From a virus (lineage: Duplodnaviria > Caudoviricetes): a DNA stretch of 61,215 nucleotides. How positions within the stretch are numbered: the stretch's first letter is position 1; each line of letters opens with the position of its first letter. Both the position numbers and the translations under genes were made by a program. Of this stretch, positions 7,247 through 18,187 are shown in pieces. A model generated the notes under the pieces. It was not told where the DNA came from, did no database searches, and worked only from the letters and a program-made list of their open reading frames with translations. The DNA lies in the IMG/VR virus record IMGVR_UViG_3300028571_000029, positions 1-61,215 of that record; one strand, written 5' to 3'.

Positions 7247-8842
7247 ATGAAAATTAAAAGAGATAAAGAAATATATATTCATCCTAACCAATATGCTGCA
7301 TTCGACCAAAATATGATGGTATTTTCAGGATATAAAGATGGTTATCCATTATGGTCTCATGATGCAAATGAGTTTAAGTATATAAACGGTACATCACATC
7401 CTAAAGCACTTAGAGATTGGTTTCCAGAAAAACAAATTGAATTAATTAAAATATAGATTATGGCAGCAAAAAGCAAAAACAAGTATGACGTCTTTAATTG
7501 GATTAAAGATGAAGTTATTCCATCATGTACTAATTTTAAGCAATATCAAACAGCAAGTAACTTGATATGGCAGTTTGAAAAACAATATGGTGATTTTGAT
7601 TTAACAAGAGAATTAATGAATGTAGATTATGAAACCTTATAAATACATAAATAGATACAATGATATCTTTACATTTACCCCATTAGATGAAAATACTATT
7701 CTTATGGAAGGAGATTTTAGATGGGGGAGAGTAGGATGGCCAAATAATTATTCAGTGGCATATGAAAAATATTTGGAAATGCGTGGAGGTGATTTATCAT
7801 TTGAGGAATTCAAAGCAACAGTTCATGAATACGATAATGATAAAGGTGAATTTAAATTTCCAGAATACATCCCATTAATTACTTCTGACACTACTAAAAT
7901 TCAGATGGTAGATCCATCAGGTGGACCTTATGTTAGTGTTGGAATGCCAAGCAATTTATTCCATCCAGAAATTAAAGATAAAGTAATTGAGAATATTATT
8001 AATGATGAAAAAGGATATAAATTAATTTTAAAATAGAAATTAAATAATGAAAAGATTACACGTAAAATTTATCAAATGGGTATCCAATAAATTTGGATAT
8101 AAAATTGTAATGCTTAAAGCATCCAATGGAACAACTACAATTGAAGGTGATAAAGAATTACTTCGTTATGTAGATATAACAGGTTACTTCTTTAAGAAAG
8201 AACCATTATCTCGAATAAAACCAAGCCAACCTCCTACAACTGCTAAGGAAATGTTTTTAAGCGAACCATATCCTGATGTTACAAATATATTTCCAATCAA
8301 AAAATTGACACGAGAACAACTTAACGAGTTAGGATTATAAAAAATACTTTAATAAATTAATTTTAAAATAGAAAACATGGCATTATTTAAATTTATTAAA
8401 CGTGTTAAACCAATATTCGTTGTTGGTTTCCCATCATCATTGAAAGAAGAAGCCATTGGAAAACAATTTTATGCTTTAGAAAAGCAACTAAAAGGATATT
8501 ACGTTATAGCTTATAAAGATAGTACTTTAAAAGCTGTTAAATTTGAATGCTTTAACTGTGAACTTAACGAGATTGAATATCAAGAATTAAAAGATAAATT
8601 ATTTAAAACAATAAAAAATGGAAGCAATATTAAAATTTAATTTACCAGAAGACAATATAGAATATGAATTAATAAATAATGCAGGAAAAATGCATTCAGT
8701 TTTATGGGAATTAGATCAGTGGTTACGAGGACAGACAAAACATGCACCTGATAGTATGAGTGAATATACATATAATGCTTATCAAAAATGTAGAGAACAG
8801 TTACGTGAATTAATGTATGAACATAATCTAAGTCTTAATTAG
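7247..8842 (+). CDS. run of six small hypothetical ORFs (7247-7456, 7460-7642, 7629-8036, 8047-8340, 8377-8640, 8618-8842)
   Basis: Tightly packed, co-oriented ORFs after a promoter motif. Confidence 0.6.
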
Positions 8843-8843
8843 T

Positions 8844-9078
8844 ATGAACAATTTAGATAAACAATACACAGACCTACTTGGTGATGCTTATAAAAATTAT
8901 GCATCTAAAACATCAATGGATGTAGATGGACAATATACTAAAGAAGAATTCATCAACGAAATCAAAACAGATGATGAGTTTGCTAAGAAGTGGGGTGTTA
9001 GAAGATCATGGATATGAATGTAAGTTATATGTTGTAAAGTAATCACATCCATCAATTAAAGCACCTTTAAGTAATTAG
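8844..9078 (+). pseudogene. thyA: thymidylate synthase remnant with large internal deletions
   Basis: MNNLDKQYTDLL start, GDAYKNY...EEFINEIKTDDEFAKKWG segment and terminal SHPSIKAPLSN* all within 235 bp. Confidence 0.75.
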
Positions 9079-9102
9079 TATTTATATAAGAAATTATTGA
9101 TT

Positions 9103-9804
9103 ATGAAAATAAAAGCATTATTTATATCTGATATTCATTTAGGAAGTAGAGGATCTAATGCAGAACAATTATTGCAAACATTAAAACAATACGAACCTGA
9201 AGTTTTATTTATAGTTGGAGATTTTATTGATGGTTGGTTACTTAAAAAAAGACATTATTGGAATCAAAATTTTACTAATATAATTAGGAAAATACTTTCA
9301 TATTCAAAAAAAGGTACTAAAATTGTATATATAACAGGAAATCATGATGAATTTTTAAGACATTATACACCAAATGATTTTGGAGAAAATATATTAATAT
9401 GTGATGAGTTTATTTGGAATGAATATTATATAACTCATGGTGATAAATATGATGGTATTATGAATATGAAATGGTTAGCACATCTTGGATCTACTGGGTA
9501 TGAGTTAGCAATAAACATAGATCGTTTTATTAAAAAATTTGGATATAAAAAATCAATAAGTAAATGGGCTAAAGATAATGTAAAGAATGCTGTTAAATTT
9601 ATAACATCTTTTGAAGATCAATTAGTATATCAAGCTAAAAAAAGAAAATGTATAGGGGTTATATGTGGTCATATCCACAAACCTGAAGATAAAATAATAG
9701 ATAATATACATTATTTGAATTGTGGCGATTGGATTGAAAATAATAGCTATATAATTTATAATGAGAATAAATTTAAGATCCTCACTTATTCAGAATTAAA
9801 ATAA
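9103..9804 (+). CDS. LpxH-like calcineurin-family metallophosphoesterase
   Basis: SDIHLG, GDFID, GNHD, HGD and GHIH motifs. Confidence 0.85.
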   Translation: MKIKALFISDIHLGSRGSNAEQLLQTLKQYEPEVLFIVGDFIDGWLLKKRHYWNQNFTNIIRKILSYSKKGTKIVYITGNHDEFLRHYTPNDFGENILICDEFIWNEYYITHGDKYDGIMNMKWLAHLGSTGYELAINIDRFIKKFGYKKSISKWAKDNVKNAVKFITSFEDQLVYQAKKRKCIGVICGHIHKPEDKIIDNIHYLNCGDWIENNSYIIYNENKFKILTYSELK

Positions 9805-9828
9805 TATATTACATCAATATTTATTGAT

Positions 9829-10488
9829 ATGAATACAAATGAAATAATAAAATTTTATAAAGCATATAAAACTCAAATCATTAATGAAGTTCAGGAATAT
9901 TTAGATCAACCTCTAAAGAATATGGAAAAAACATCAGATACACATTATAAAGTATCTGAAGATAATATATCGGCTTCTATACGTTTTAGAAGAAACTTTC
10001 ATGATATGCCAAATCAATACTTTGATATTGACGATGTAAGAGATACATATTCATTATCCTGGGGATGGGGTTGGGAGATGGAGGATTTAAATCAACGCAC
10101 TCCTAAAAACTTCTTAAGAGTATTAGCATCATGTTATAAAGTATTAGACGATTTTATAAAAAATAAAGATCCAGAAGTAATATCTTTTTCAGGAATGTCT
10201 AAAGGTCATAATTCTTTATATTTTGGAGATACATTTCAAAAAAGATTAAAAACTTTATTTAGAGACAAATATGATATTATACTTGATAAAGATAAATCAG
10301 TAATATATATTATAAATAAAGAAGTATCTAATGTTAAAAGTGAATCTATAAATAAAAGATCACAAACAACATCACTACAAGAAGCAACTACATATTGGAA
10401 ATACAATCATGTGCATCCTGATACCCCCTTAAATGTTAAAATAAAAGCTAAAATAAAAAAAAGAGTATTAGAAAAAATATACTTTTAA
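9829..10488 (+). CDS. hypothetical protein
   Basis: ORF track. Confidence 0.65.
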   Translation: MNTNEIIKFYKAYKTQIINEVQEYLDQPLKNMEKTSDTHYKVSEDNISASIRFRRNFHDMPNQYFDIDDVRDTYSLSWGWGWEMEDLNQRTPKNFLRVLASCYKVLDDFIKNKDPEVISFSGMSKGHNSLYFGDTFQKRLKTLFRDKYDIILDKDKSVIYIINKEVSNVKSESINKRSQTTSLQEATTYWKYNHVHPDTPLNVKIKAKIKKRVLEKIYF

Positions 10489-10512
10489 ACTTAAATTGTC
10501 AAAATAAAGTTT

Positions 10513-10833
10513 ATGAGAAAACAAAAAGCTCAAATACAAAAAATAGTAAAAGAATATAAAGATGCTACTACTAAAGAGATATGGGAAGGTATAAGAGATA
10601 ACTTTATATTTGGATTCCTAGGAGCAATGATGGTTGTATTTATTGCAACTAGAGCAGATATAGCTGTATTAATAGGATATATAACTTATTATGCTTATAT
10701 GGGTAGAATAGTAAATCGTCCTAAATATGTTACTGATCTAGGTAAGTTAATAGTATTCCCTGTTCCATCAGCAATAGGAGCTTTTGCTGGATATAAATTA
10801 AGTTATTTAATACATCAATATTTATTATCATGA
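10513..10833 (+). CDS. hypothetical membrane protein
   Basis: 2-3 hydrophobic helices. Confidence 0.65.
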   Translation: MRKQKAQIQKIVKEYKDATTKEIWEGIRDNFIFGFLGAMMVVFIATRADIAVLIGYITYYAYMGRIVNRPKYVTDLGKLIVFPVPSAIGAFAGYKLSYLIHQYLLS

Positions 10834-11273
10834 TACGATTAATAGATTTATTAAAGGAAAATCAATCCACACCTCCTGATATATTATATCATTTTACAAC
10901 ACCTGAAAACTTTGTAAAGATATTTAATTCAGATAAAATTAAGGCAGATCCTAAATTTAATCAAATATCATTCACTGAAGATCCAGATTTATGGGCATTC
11001 CAAGAACATCCTGATTCAAATCAAGAAATAGGAATTAGATTAAAATTTGAAACAGACTCATTACCTCCGGTGAAATCATTTAAATATAGCGGAGCACCTG
11101 GAGAAGAATATACTTATGAACAAGAATGGACAACCAATTCTGGAGATATAGAGGATATAGAAGGTATAATAACGGGGTCTGGTACTCTAGAATTAACAGC
11201 ATTAAAGTATTGGAAAGATTATTTGAAAGATAATTTATCTTCAAATATATTCAGGGTGATAGAATTTATTTAA
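10830..11273 (+). CDS. hypothetical protein, possibly ADP-ribosyltransferase-like fold
   Basis: LYHFT...ISFT...EQEW pattern; MIRLIDLLKE N-terminus. Confidence 0.45.
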   Translation: MIRLIDLLKENQSTPPDILYHFTTPENFVKIFNSDKIKADPKFNQISFTEDPDLWAFQEHPDSNQEIGIRLKFETDSLPPVKSFKYSGAPGEEYTYEQEWTTNSGDIEDIEGIITGSGTLELTALKYWKDYLKDNLSSNIFRVIEFI

Positions 11274-11283
11274 AATATTAATT

Positions 11284-11922
11284 ATGTTCTTTAAAAAATT
11301 ATTATTAGCATTAATATTATTTACCGGCATTACAGTTAATGCTCAAACAGTAGTATTAAAACACAAAACATACACATCAACATACGATACAACAAAAAAC
11401 TATCCAGTATTAGTTGAGTATTGGTTGACTAAAGCAATGTTGGTGTGTCCTACTAGAATACCTAGAGGAACAAAATTCATGCCTGACCCTTTATTAAAGA
11501 AAGAAACAGATCTACAATCAAGTTACGATAAGTCTGGTTACGATAGAGGACATAATATGAATGCTGAAGATAATAGATGCGATCAAATAGGAATGAACGA
11601 ATCATTTTACTTTAGTAACATGACTCCACAAGATTCAAGATTAAATAGAGGTGTTTGGAAGTCACTTGAAACTAAAGTAAGAGAGACGGCAGCATTAGAT
11701 GACAGCGTTAAAGTATGGATGGGTTCAGTTGGTGAAATTAAAAAAATAGGTAAATTATCAATTCCTACACATTGTTGGAAAGTTATTTATAATAATAAAA
11801 CTAAACAATATTATGCCTGGATATTTCCAAATGTATCTCCAAAAATCATGGAAGTATATAATTATAAATCAACAGTTGAGGATGTTGAAAAAATTTCTTA
11901 TCTTAAATTTATAATTAAATAA
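11284..11922 (+). CDS. secreted DNA/RNA non-specific endonuclease
   Basis: Signal peptide; YDRGH, NMTPQ and LNRGVW motifs. Confidence 0.9.
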   Translation: MFFKKLLLALILFTGITVNAQTVVLKHKTYTSTYDTTKNYPVLVEYWLTKAMLVCPTRIPRGTKFMPDPLLKKETDLQSSYDKSGYDRGHNMNAEDNRCDQIGMNESFYFSNMTPQDSRLNRGVWKSLETKVRETAALDDSVKVWMGSVGEIKKIGKLSIPTHCWKVIYNNKTKQYYAWIFPNVSPKIMEVYNYKSTVEDVEKISYLKFIIK

Positions 11923-11941
11923 AATATATTTAAAAATCGTT

Positions 11942-12286
11942 ATGAAAGAAGAGACCGCAATTGAGTTCTGTGAAAGAACATATCCTGAAACATGTAAAGA
12001 GTTTAAACTTATCCTAGATGAGATGTATGAAACATTCTGTAAGAAGCAAAGGAACTACGGTCCTGGTAATATTTCAGTAGGAACATCATTAGAAACAAAA
12101 GATGATATTAAATTATCATTAACCGGTCTTTGGTTTAGGAAAAATGACAAGATAAATCGATTAAAACAATTAGTAGCATTAGGCCAGCCAGATGAAGTAG
12201 GGGAGAATATATCAGATACTTATGAAGACTTATCTATATATGGAATTATATCTCAGCTAGTCCAGAGAGGTAAATGGGGTAAGTAA
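11942..12286 (+). CDS. nucleotide-modification-associated (DUF1599-like) protein
   Basis: KKQRNYG, DKINRL, DTYEDLSIYGII. Confidence 0.65.
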   Translation: MKEETAIEFCERTYPETCKEFKLILDEMYETFCKKQRNYGPGNISVGTSLETKDDIKLSLTGLWFRKNDKINRLKQLVALGQPDEVGENISDTYEDLSIYGIISQLVQRGKWGK

Positions 12287-12310
12287 TATATTTATTAAAA
12301 AGGAAATAAA

Positions 12311-12661
12311 ATGAATTATAATAATATTAAAAAAGTAATATTATATTTAGTACCATTATTTATTACAGGTGCAGTATGTTATTATTTATTTGTAAAAACA
12401 ACCCCTAACTACATTGAACAGTATCAACAAACAATTGACTCTGCACAAAATAATATTGATTCACTTAAAGGAGAAATATTAAAATCAGATATTGTTATAG
12501 ATTCTTTACATAAAGAAATAGTTGTTCTAGATAGTACAAATACAGTATTAAAGGATAAAATAATTTATATTAAACAACAGTTAAATGAAAAAATTGATGG
12601 TGTTGATCTTCTTACTAACGATGAGCTTGGTAAGTTTTTCACAGACAGATACAAACAATAA
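12311..12661 (+). CDS. TM-anchored coiled-coil protein (spanin-like)
   Basis: N-terminal TM, coiled coil, overlaps the next gene. Confidence 0.5.
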   Translation: MNYNNIKKVILYLVPLFITGAVCYYLFVKTTPNYIEQYQQTIDSAQNNIDSLKGEILKSDIVIDSLHKEIVVLDSTNTVLKDKIIYIKQQLNEKIDGVDLLTNDELGKFFTDRYKQ

Positions 12662-13001
12662 AGATAGTGTTGTTGTACTTCCTAGTAATATTGCTAGATT
12701 AGTAATTAAAGATTTACTAAGATATGATGCTACTAAGATAGAATTAAAAGTAACACAAGAGTTATTATTGAATACTGAAAATAAAGTTGCTAATCAATCT
12801 TTAATTATTAAACAATATGAAATTAAAGATGGTCAATGGAAGCAAATGGTTACTAACTATGATGCTCAAGTATTAGCATATAAAAATATGACTAATGATT
12901 TACAAAATGATTTAAGAAAATCTAAACTTAAAACATTCTACAATAAATTTGGATTAAGTGTTATTATTGGAGGACTAACATATTTGTATATAACGAAATA
13001 A
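12585..13001 (+). CDS. exported coiled-coil protein with C-terminal hydrophobic tail (spanin-like partner)
   Basis: Signal peptide; 77-bp overlap with the previous gene. Confidence 0.5.
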   Translation: MKKLMVLIFLLTMSLVSFSQTDTNNKDSVVVLPSNIARLVIKDLLRYDATKIELKVTQELLLNTENKVANQSLIIKQYEIKDGQWKQMVTNYDAQVLAYKNMTNDLQNDLRKSKLKTFYNKFGLSVIIGGLTYLYITK

Positions 13002-13058
13002 AAACATTCTCTTCTCCCGAGGATACAGTGCCCCCTCCCATGATACAATCATGGGATC

Positions 13059-13094
13059 AACGCTCCAACTAATAATTGGGGCGTTTACTTTTTT
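13059..13094 (+). terminator. intrinsic terminator, preceded by a perfect hairpin at 13036-13056
   Basis: AACGCTCCAA/TTGGGGCGTT plus T-run; TCCCATGAT/ATCATGGGA. Confidence 0.7.
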
Positions 13095-13185
13095 AAATTA
13101 GTTTCGGGGATATTTATATTAGGAAAAGAAATTAGTGCGGTTTTATAATAGTTTTGCTGTTTTGCAATTTAACAATAAAATTAAT

Positions 13186-13677
13186 ATGAAACAAATATTA
13201 CTAATATTAATAATAACATGTATACCATATCTAGGGTATAAACAATCCACTCCAAGTATATTTATATTTCCAGTTAAAAATAGTATTAAGATGGGTTCTC
13301 TATCTGGTAATGTTAATTTAACATTAGGTGTTAAAAATATTCTAGAAGAAGCATTACTAGATAAAGAATTTAACATATCAGGCAATATTGAAAACTCAGA
13401 TTATACATTACAAGCTGAATTAGTATATTTCGATATATTAAAAACAAATTCTAATATTAGTGTATTTCATAAAAATAATAGCGAAACATTAATTAGAATG
13501 AAGGGTACTCTATATAAAGGAGATAAAAAAGTAAAAGAAATTGTTGTTGAAGAATCTTCATCTGAAATTTCATCTTCAACATTAGCTATTAGTTATGATG
13601 GTTCATTCAATCAACAAACAGCAAGAAATGCTGTAAAGAAAACATGTATTAAATTAATAGAAGGAATAATTAAATGA
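13186..13677 (+). CDS. exported protein, possibly CsgG/LptE-like alpha/beta fold
   Basis: Signal peptide MKQILLILII; ATG 13186. Confidence 0.5.
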   Translation: MKQILLILIITCIPYLGYKQSTPSIFIFPVKNSIKMGSLSGNVNLTLGVKNILEEALLDKEFNISGNIENSDYTLQAELVYFDILKTNSNISVFHKNNSETLIRMKGTLYKGDKKVKEIVVEESSSEISSSTLAISYDGSFNQQTARNAVKKTCIKLIEGIIK

Positions 13678-15806
13678 AATTAAAATTATTAATATTAGCA
13701 TTATTTATATCAATCCAATCATTTGGACAATCACCAATTAAATTTAAATTAAGACAATCTTCTATTACTAGTAATATTAATGGTGGAACTATAAATCGTG
13801 GAGATGAATTTGAATTATGGGTAGATGCTAATGGAAATGGGAATACTACTACTCGTCAATTATTATTTGACCTACAATATGATTATTTAAATTTTGATTT
13901 AATATCAATAAACCATACAGGAACTGGAGGAAATGGAGGAGTATTACCTGGAGGTTCTAATATTCAATTGTCTCACCAAACATACCCAGGATATACATTT
14001 ACCAACAATCAGCAAAATACAACCTCAAATGGTACTACAAATTACCAATATGCTAATTATCAATATACACAAAACAGTAATCAATCCATTATTAGAGCTA
14101 CATTAACGTGGGCTACTACAAATGGAATGCCTTATGGGGGATATGATAGATTATTAATATTAAAATTTAGATTAAAACAATCTTCAACCTCAACATCATT
14201 TAATCCTATTAAATTGAATTTTATAGCTGGTTGGAATGCTAATGGAACATCAGATGTAACATTTCAAGAAAATCCATTATCATCTACAGTTTTAATGAAT
14301 CAAAATGCAAATAAATTAGTAACTGCTAAAGTAGATATTAATTCAAATCTATTAGCATTATCAAATATTAAAGTATCATTTAGAGACACATTATCTAATA
14401 TAGGCCAATTATTTAATGTATTATCAGATGGTAATGTAGATATAAATCAATCACTATTATCTGAAAATAAAGTATATCAAGTAAGTGTGATGCATGAGAT
14501 GGATAAAATGTATCAAACATATAACGGTGCAATCACTATTTCAGATTTTACAACAGCACAAAGTGAATTTACAAATACTGGATTAGATGGGTCTAGTGGT
14601 CAAATTTTAAAAACAGGACAATCATTATATGCTGCAGATATAAATAAAAATAAATCAATTGATGGTGGAGATTTACCTCAACTATTAGCTCAAGCTGTTG
14701 GCTTAGATACATTATTTACTTTACCCAATGGGTATAATGTTGGAACAGGTGGGTGGATGAGCTTACCAACTTGGAGATCAACAAATATAACATCAATATC
14801 AGGTCAAGTAGAGTGGGCTTATGTTACACCTAATATGTTTGGAAATGGGATTAGTAGATTAATGCTTGATGTGAAAGAATTTAATGGAACAAACATAGAT
14901 CATAATCAAATAAAAAGTATTCAAATATTTGATATATACTCTGGACCTGTTGAATTTATAAGTTCAGATGGGACATGGGTACAATATAAAATACCTTCAT
15001 CATTAAGTAAAGTAAATAATGGAACATCCTTATATCAACCATTTATTCGAAATGTAAATAATCAAAATGCAGATTATTCACTAAAATCAGAATGGGAATT
15101 TAATATTTCACCTAATAATACTTGGGGATCTATTACTCCAACAAACTGGAATACAATTACATCCCCTAAAACATTTATCAAAACAGGATTAATAGGAACA
15201 AATATAGTGGTGGAATTAAAATATTTACTTTGGGGTGATGTAAATCGTTCACATTCCTCACAAGTAGTAGGTATAAACAATACTGGTGGTAATTATGTTC
15301 AAACTAATGCTATAAATAGTTTAAAAAGTAATAGTGCTTTTAAATTAATGTCATCTGATCCTGCATTATTTATCAATACACCATATGATGTTAATTCAAT
15401 AAATGTAACATTATCAAATTTAACTGTAGTATCTAATAATATTGAAATACCAATAAAGATAGACACTAAAGGTGCTAATTTAAGTGGATTACAATTTGAA
15501 TTTGAATTTGATCCTAATAAAATCAAATTTGAAGAAATATCATCTAATGTTCCTAACACATGGTATGTATTCGCAAAGACAAAATCAGGTAAAGTTAAAT
15601 TTGGAGCATTAGATCAAGGTAAAAATTCAATAAATGGAGATAATATTCCATTTAAGCTTAAATTCTCAACTATAGGAAATGGAGTAGATATATTAACATC
15701 AATAAAAGTTTCACCTACAATGGATGTTAGTGATTCTAAAGGAAATCAACTAGGAATAGTTTTAAATACATCTCAAATTAAATTAACAGGATATAAAAAC
15801 TTTTAA
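13674..15806 (+). CDS. large secreted beta-sandwich protein with cohesin-like domains and a dockerin/EF-hand-like motif
   Basis: Signal peptide; LLFDLQYD and LSGLQFEFEFDPNKIKF cohesin-type strands; ADINKNKSIDGGD; WGDVN. Confidence 0.6.
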   Translation: MKLKLLILALFISIQSFGQSPIKFKLRQSSITSNINGGTINRGDEFELWVDANGNGNTTTRQLLFDLQYDYLNFDLISINHTGTGGNGGVLPGGSNIQLSHQTYPGYTFTNNQQNTTSNGTTNYQYANYQYTQNSNQSIIRATLTWATTNGMPYGGYDRLLILKFRLKQSSTSTSFNPIKLNFIAGWNANGTSDVTFQENPLSSTVLMNQNANKLVTAKVDINSNLLALSNIKVSFRDTLSNIGQLFNVLSDGNVDINQSLLSENKVYQVSVMHEMDKMYQTYNGAITISDFTTAQSEFTNTGLDGSSGQILKTGQSLYAADINKNKSIDGGDLPQLLAQAVGLDTLFTLPNGYNVGTGGWMSLPTWRSTNITSISGQVEWAYVTPNMFGNGISRLMLDVKEFNGTNIDHNQIKSIQIFDIYSGPVEFISSDGTWVQYKIPSSLSKVNNGTSLYQPFIRNVNNQNADYSLKSEWEFNISPNNTWGSITPTNWNTITSPKTFIKTGLIGTNIVVELKYLLWGDVNRSHSSQVVGINNTGGNYVQTNAINSLKSNSAFKLMSSDPALFINTPYDVNSINVTLSNLTVVSNNIEIPIKIDTKGANLSGLQFEFEFDPNKIKFEEISSNVPNTWYVFAKTKSGKVKFGALDQGKNSINGDNIPFKLKFSTIGNGVDILTSIKVSPTMDVSDSKGNQLGIVLNTSQIKLTGYKNF

Positions 15807-15808
15807 AA

Positions 15809-16177
15809 ATGAGTAAAAAATTAATAACAATAATAATAATATTAGGATTTGTAATAGGATGTACAAAGTATGAAGAAAAATACTATGAAACTCCTCAAAT
15901 AAATTTAGGTAAAAAATCTGAATTAACTGCTATTAAATACGTAAAACAAGATAGTAATATTGTAACGGCTGTATTTACAACTACACCTGGAGCAAAATAC
16001 TCTACCCAAATAATACCATTTGATAGCGAAATTCCAGTAATAAAAGAAGGATTTACAGCAAATAATACACAAGCATCTAGAATATTCGATCTATCTAATC
16101 TACCTAAAAAAGATTATGATTTAGTATTTATAGATATAAATGGTAATGAAGTTAAATATCCAATTATAATTAAATAA
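15809..16177 (+). CDS. lipoprotein with Ig-like domain
   Basis: VIGC lipobox. Confidence 0.65.
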   Translation: MSKKLITIIIILGFVIGCTKYEEKYYETPQINLGKKSELTAIKYVKQDSNIVTAVFTTTPGAKYSTQIIPFDSEIPVIKEGFTANNTQASRIFDLSNLPKKDYDLVFIDINGNEVKYPIIIK

Positions 16178-16185
16178 ATAATAAT

Positions 16186-16509
16186 ATGTCAGAAGAACAA
16201 GAACAAGAAGGAACATGGTCTAATGTAAAAAAAACTGTGTTAGGTACCTTAGCTACAATCATCACAGCAGGTGGTGCATGGTTAGGATCAACATTATTTG
16301 GTGGTGGAAATGAAGAAACAACACCTGCTACACCAGCAGCACCAGTAATTAATATTACAAACTCAAACCAACAACAACAATCTAATAATGGTGGTTCAAC
16401 AACTATCATTAAAGAAAGAGTTATTGAAAAACAAGCTCCTGCTCCTAAAAAAGAAGTAGTTAAGAAAAAAGAAGGTGATGAATTTAAAGAAGAAACACCT
16501 AAATGGTAA
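16186..16509 (+). CDS. single-TM protein with low-complexity tail
   Basis: One TM; PA/Q-rich linker. Confidence 0.65.
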   Translation: MSEEQEQEGTWSNVKKTVLGTLATIITAGGAWLGSTLFGGGNEETTPATPAAPVINITNSNQQQQSNNGGSTTIIKERVIEKQAPAPKKEVVKKKEGDEFKEETPKW

Positions 16510-16540
16510 GGAATAATTAAACATTTAAAAATTAAAAGAT

Positions 16541-16789
16541 ATGGCATTTAAAGACATTTTCAAAGACAGTAATGATTATAACGAAAAATCAATCGTTGGT
16601 TTTGCATCATTTGCAGTAATGGTAATATTCGCAGCATCGGATATTATTACAGGATTCTTAGGTAACCCATTAATAATTGAACCTATCATCTTTAATTCAT
16701 TCGTTTATATCACATTAGGTGCATTTGGTATTGCTGAAGTAGGTAAAATATTTGGAAGTAAGAAAAAAGAAGAAGAAGAAATAAATTAA
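16541..16789 (+). CDS. holin-like 2-TM protein
   Basis: Two TMs, charged C-terminus, directly before the endolysin. Confidence 0.55.
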   Translation: MAFKDIFKDSNDYNEKSIVGFASFAVMVIFAASDIITGFLGNPLIIEPIIFNSFVYITLGAFGIAEVGKIFGSKKKEEEEIN

Positions 16790-16794
16790 AAAAT

Positions 16795-17400
16795 ATGTTA
16801 TTAAATTTAGATAAATTAAAAGGACACATACCTGATGCAGTAATTGCCCAAATCCCGGACACAGCAACAAAGTTTGAATTAAATACTCCATTACGATTAG
16901 CTCACTTCCTAGCTCAAGCAGGTCATGAATCAGGAGGATTTAAAGCAGTAAACGAAAATTTAAATTATGGTGCTAAGGGATTATTAGGAATATTTAAAAA
17001 ATATTTCCCTACAGAACAAAAAGCACTACTATATGAACGCAAACCTGAAAAAATAGCTAATCTAGTATATGGTGGTAGAATGGGAAATGGACCTGAAGTA
17101 TCTGGTGAAGGATATAAATTCCGTGGACGTGGATATATTCAATTAACTGGAAAAGATAATTATACGGCATTTGATGCTGTAGTAGCAGAAAATATTATCG
17201 AAACTCCAGATCTAGTTGCAACTAAATATCCACTAATGTCTGCTGCATGGTTTTTCCATAAGAATGGACTACATAAAATAGCCGATGAAGGTGCTACTGA
17301 TGAAGTAGTAACTAAAGTAACAAAGCGAGTAAATGGTGGAACAATAGGACTTCCAGATAGAATTAAACATTTTAAAGAATATTATAACTTATTAAAATAA
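16795..17400 (+). CDS. GH19 endolysin
   Basis: HFLAQAGHESGGF, ENLNY, FRGRGYIQLTGKDNY, VNGG. Confidence 0.9.
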   Translation: MLLNLDKLKGHIPDAVIAQIPDTATKFELNTPLRLAHFLAQAGHESGGFKAVNENLNYGAKGLLGIFKKYFPTEQKALLYERKPEKIANLVYGGRMGNGPEVSGEGYKFRGRGYIQLTGKDNYTAFDAVVAENIIETPDLVATKYPLMSAAWFFHKNGLHKIADEGATDEVVTKVTKRVNGGTIGLPDRIKHFKEYYNLLK

Positions 17401-17993
17401 TGGCAAAATATACTAAAGATCAAATAGAAAAAGCAATTAAAGCTAAAGGATATGCTTGGTTTGAAGGAACTCTTAATTACGATTTAAATATCGTGGGAGT
17501 ACGTAACTCAGCAACAGGAAATATAGTAACAAATGCATTTGATGACGTTATAACAGTTTCATTTAAGGAAAATGGAGCATGGATTTATAAAGAATGGGCT
17601 AACACAACAGACCCAGGCACTAAAGGCGTTAAAGAATTTCATAATGCTGCTGGTGTAGCTAGATTAGTAGAAGGTCAATATAGAGGATCCCACACAATTG
17701 GATTACATCAAGGAAAATATGAAGCATTAAAACAACAAAAACCAGTTAAAGTATATCGTGATGCTAATAAAGATATGACTTATGATGAATCTAAAATTCA
17801 AGAAGGAATATTCGGTATTAATATTCATAAGGCAGGTGTTGATTCAACATATGTAGAAAATTGGTCTGAAGGATGTCAAGTATTTAAACGTGCTGCTGAT
17901 TTTGAAGAATTTATGACAATATGCAGAAAATCAGCAAAAATACACGGTACTTCATTTACATATACATTAATCGAATCTAAAGATATAATATAA
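17400..17993 (+). CDS. putative Cys peptidase, L,D-transpeptidase-like cell-wall enzyme
   Basis: GINIH...WSEGCQV, an H-x(n)-S-x-G-C pattern; next to the endolysin. Confidence 0.55.
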   Translation: MAKYTKDQIEKAIKAKGYAWFEGTLNYDLNIVGVRNSATGNIVTNAFDDVITVSFKENGAWIYKEWANTTDPGTKGVKEFHNAAGVARLVEGQYRGSHTIGLHQGKYEALKQQKPVKVYRDANKDMTYDESKIQEGIFGINIHKAGVDSTYVENWSEGCQVFKRAADFEEFMTICRKSAKIHGTSFTYTLIESKDII

Positions 17994-18187
17994 TGGAAAA
18001 ATTAAAACAATTTTACTTAAAAAATGAACAAACACTATTATTTAGTAGTGTAATTATTTATCTATTTAGTTTATTATTAATACTTAATAATTCAGAATGG
18101 AAAGAAATACTATGGATAATACAATTCATAGGATTAGGATTATTATTAGTTTCTAAAGGTAAACAAAAAGGATGGAAATGGTCGTAA
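17993..18187 (+). CDS. small 2-TM protein
   Basis: Two hydrophobic helices. Confidence 0.55.
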   Translation: MEKLKQFYLKNEQTLLFSSVIIYLFSLLLILNNSEWKEILWIIQFIGLGLLLVSKGKQKGWKWS

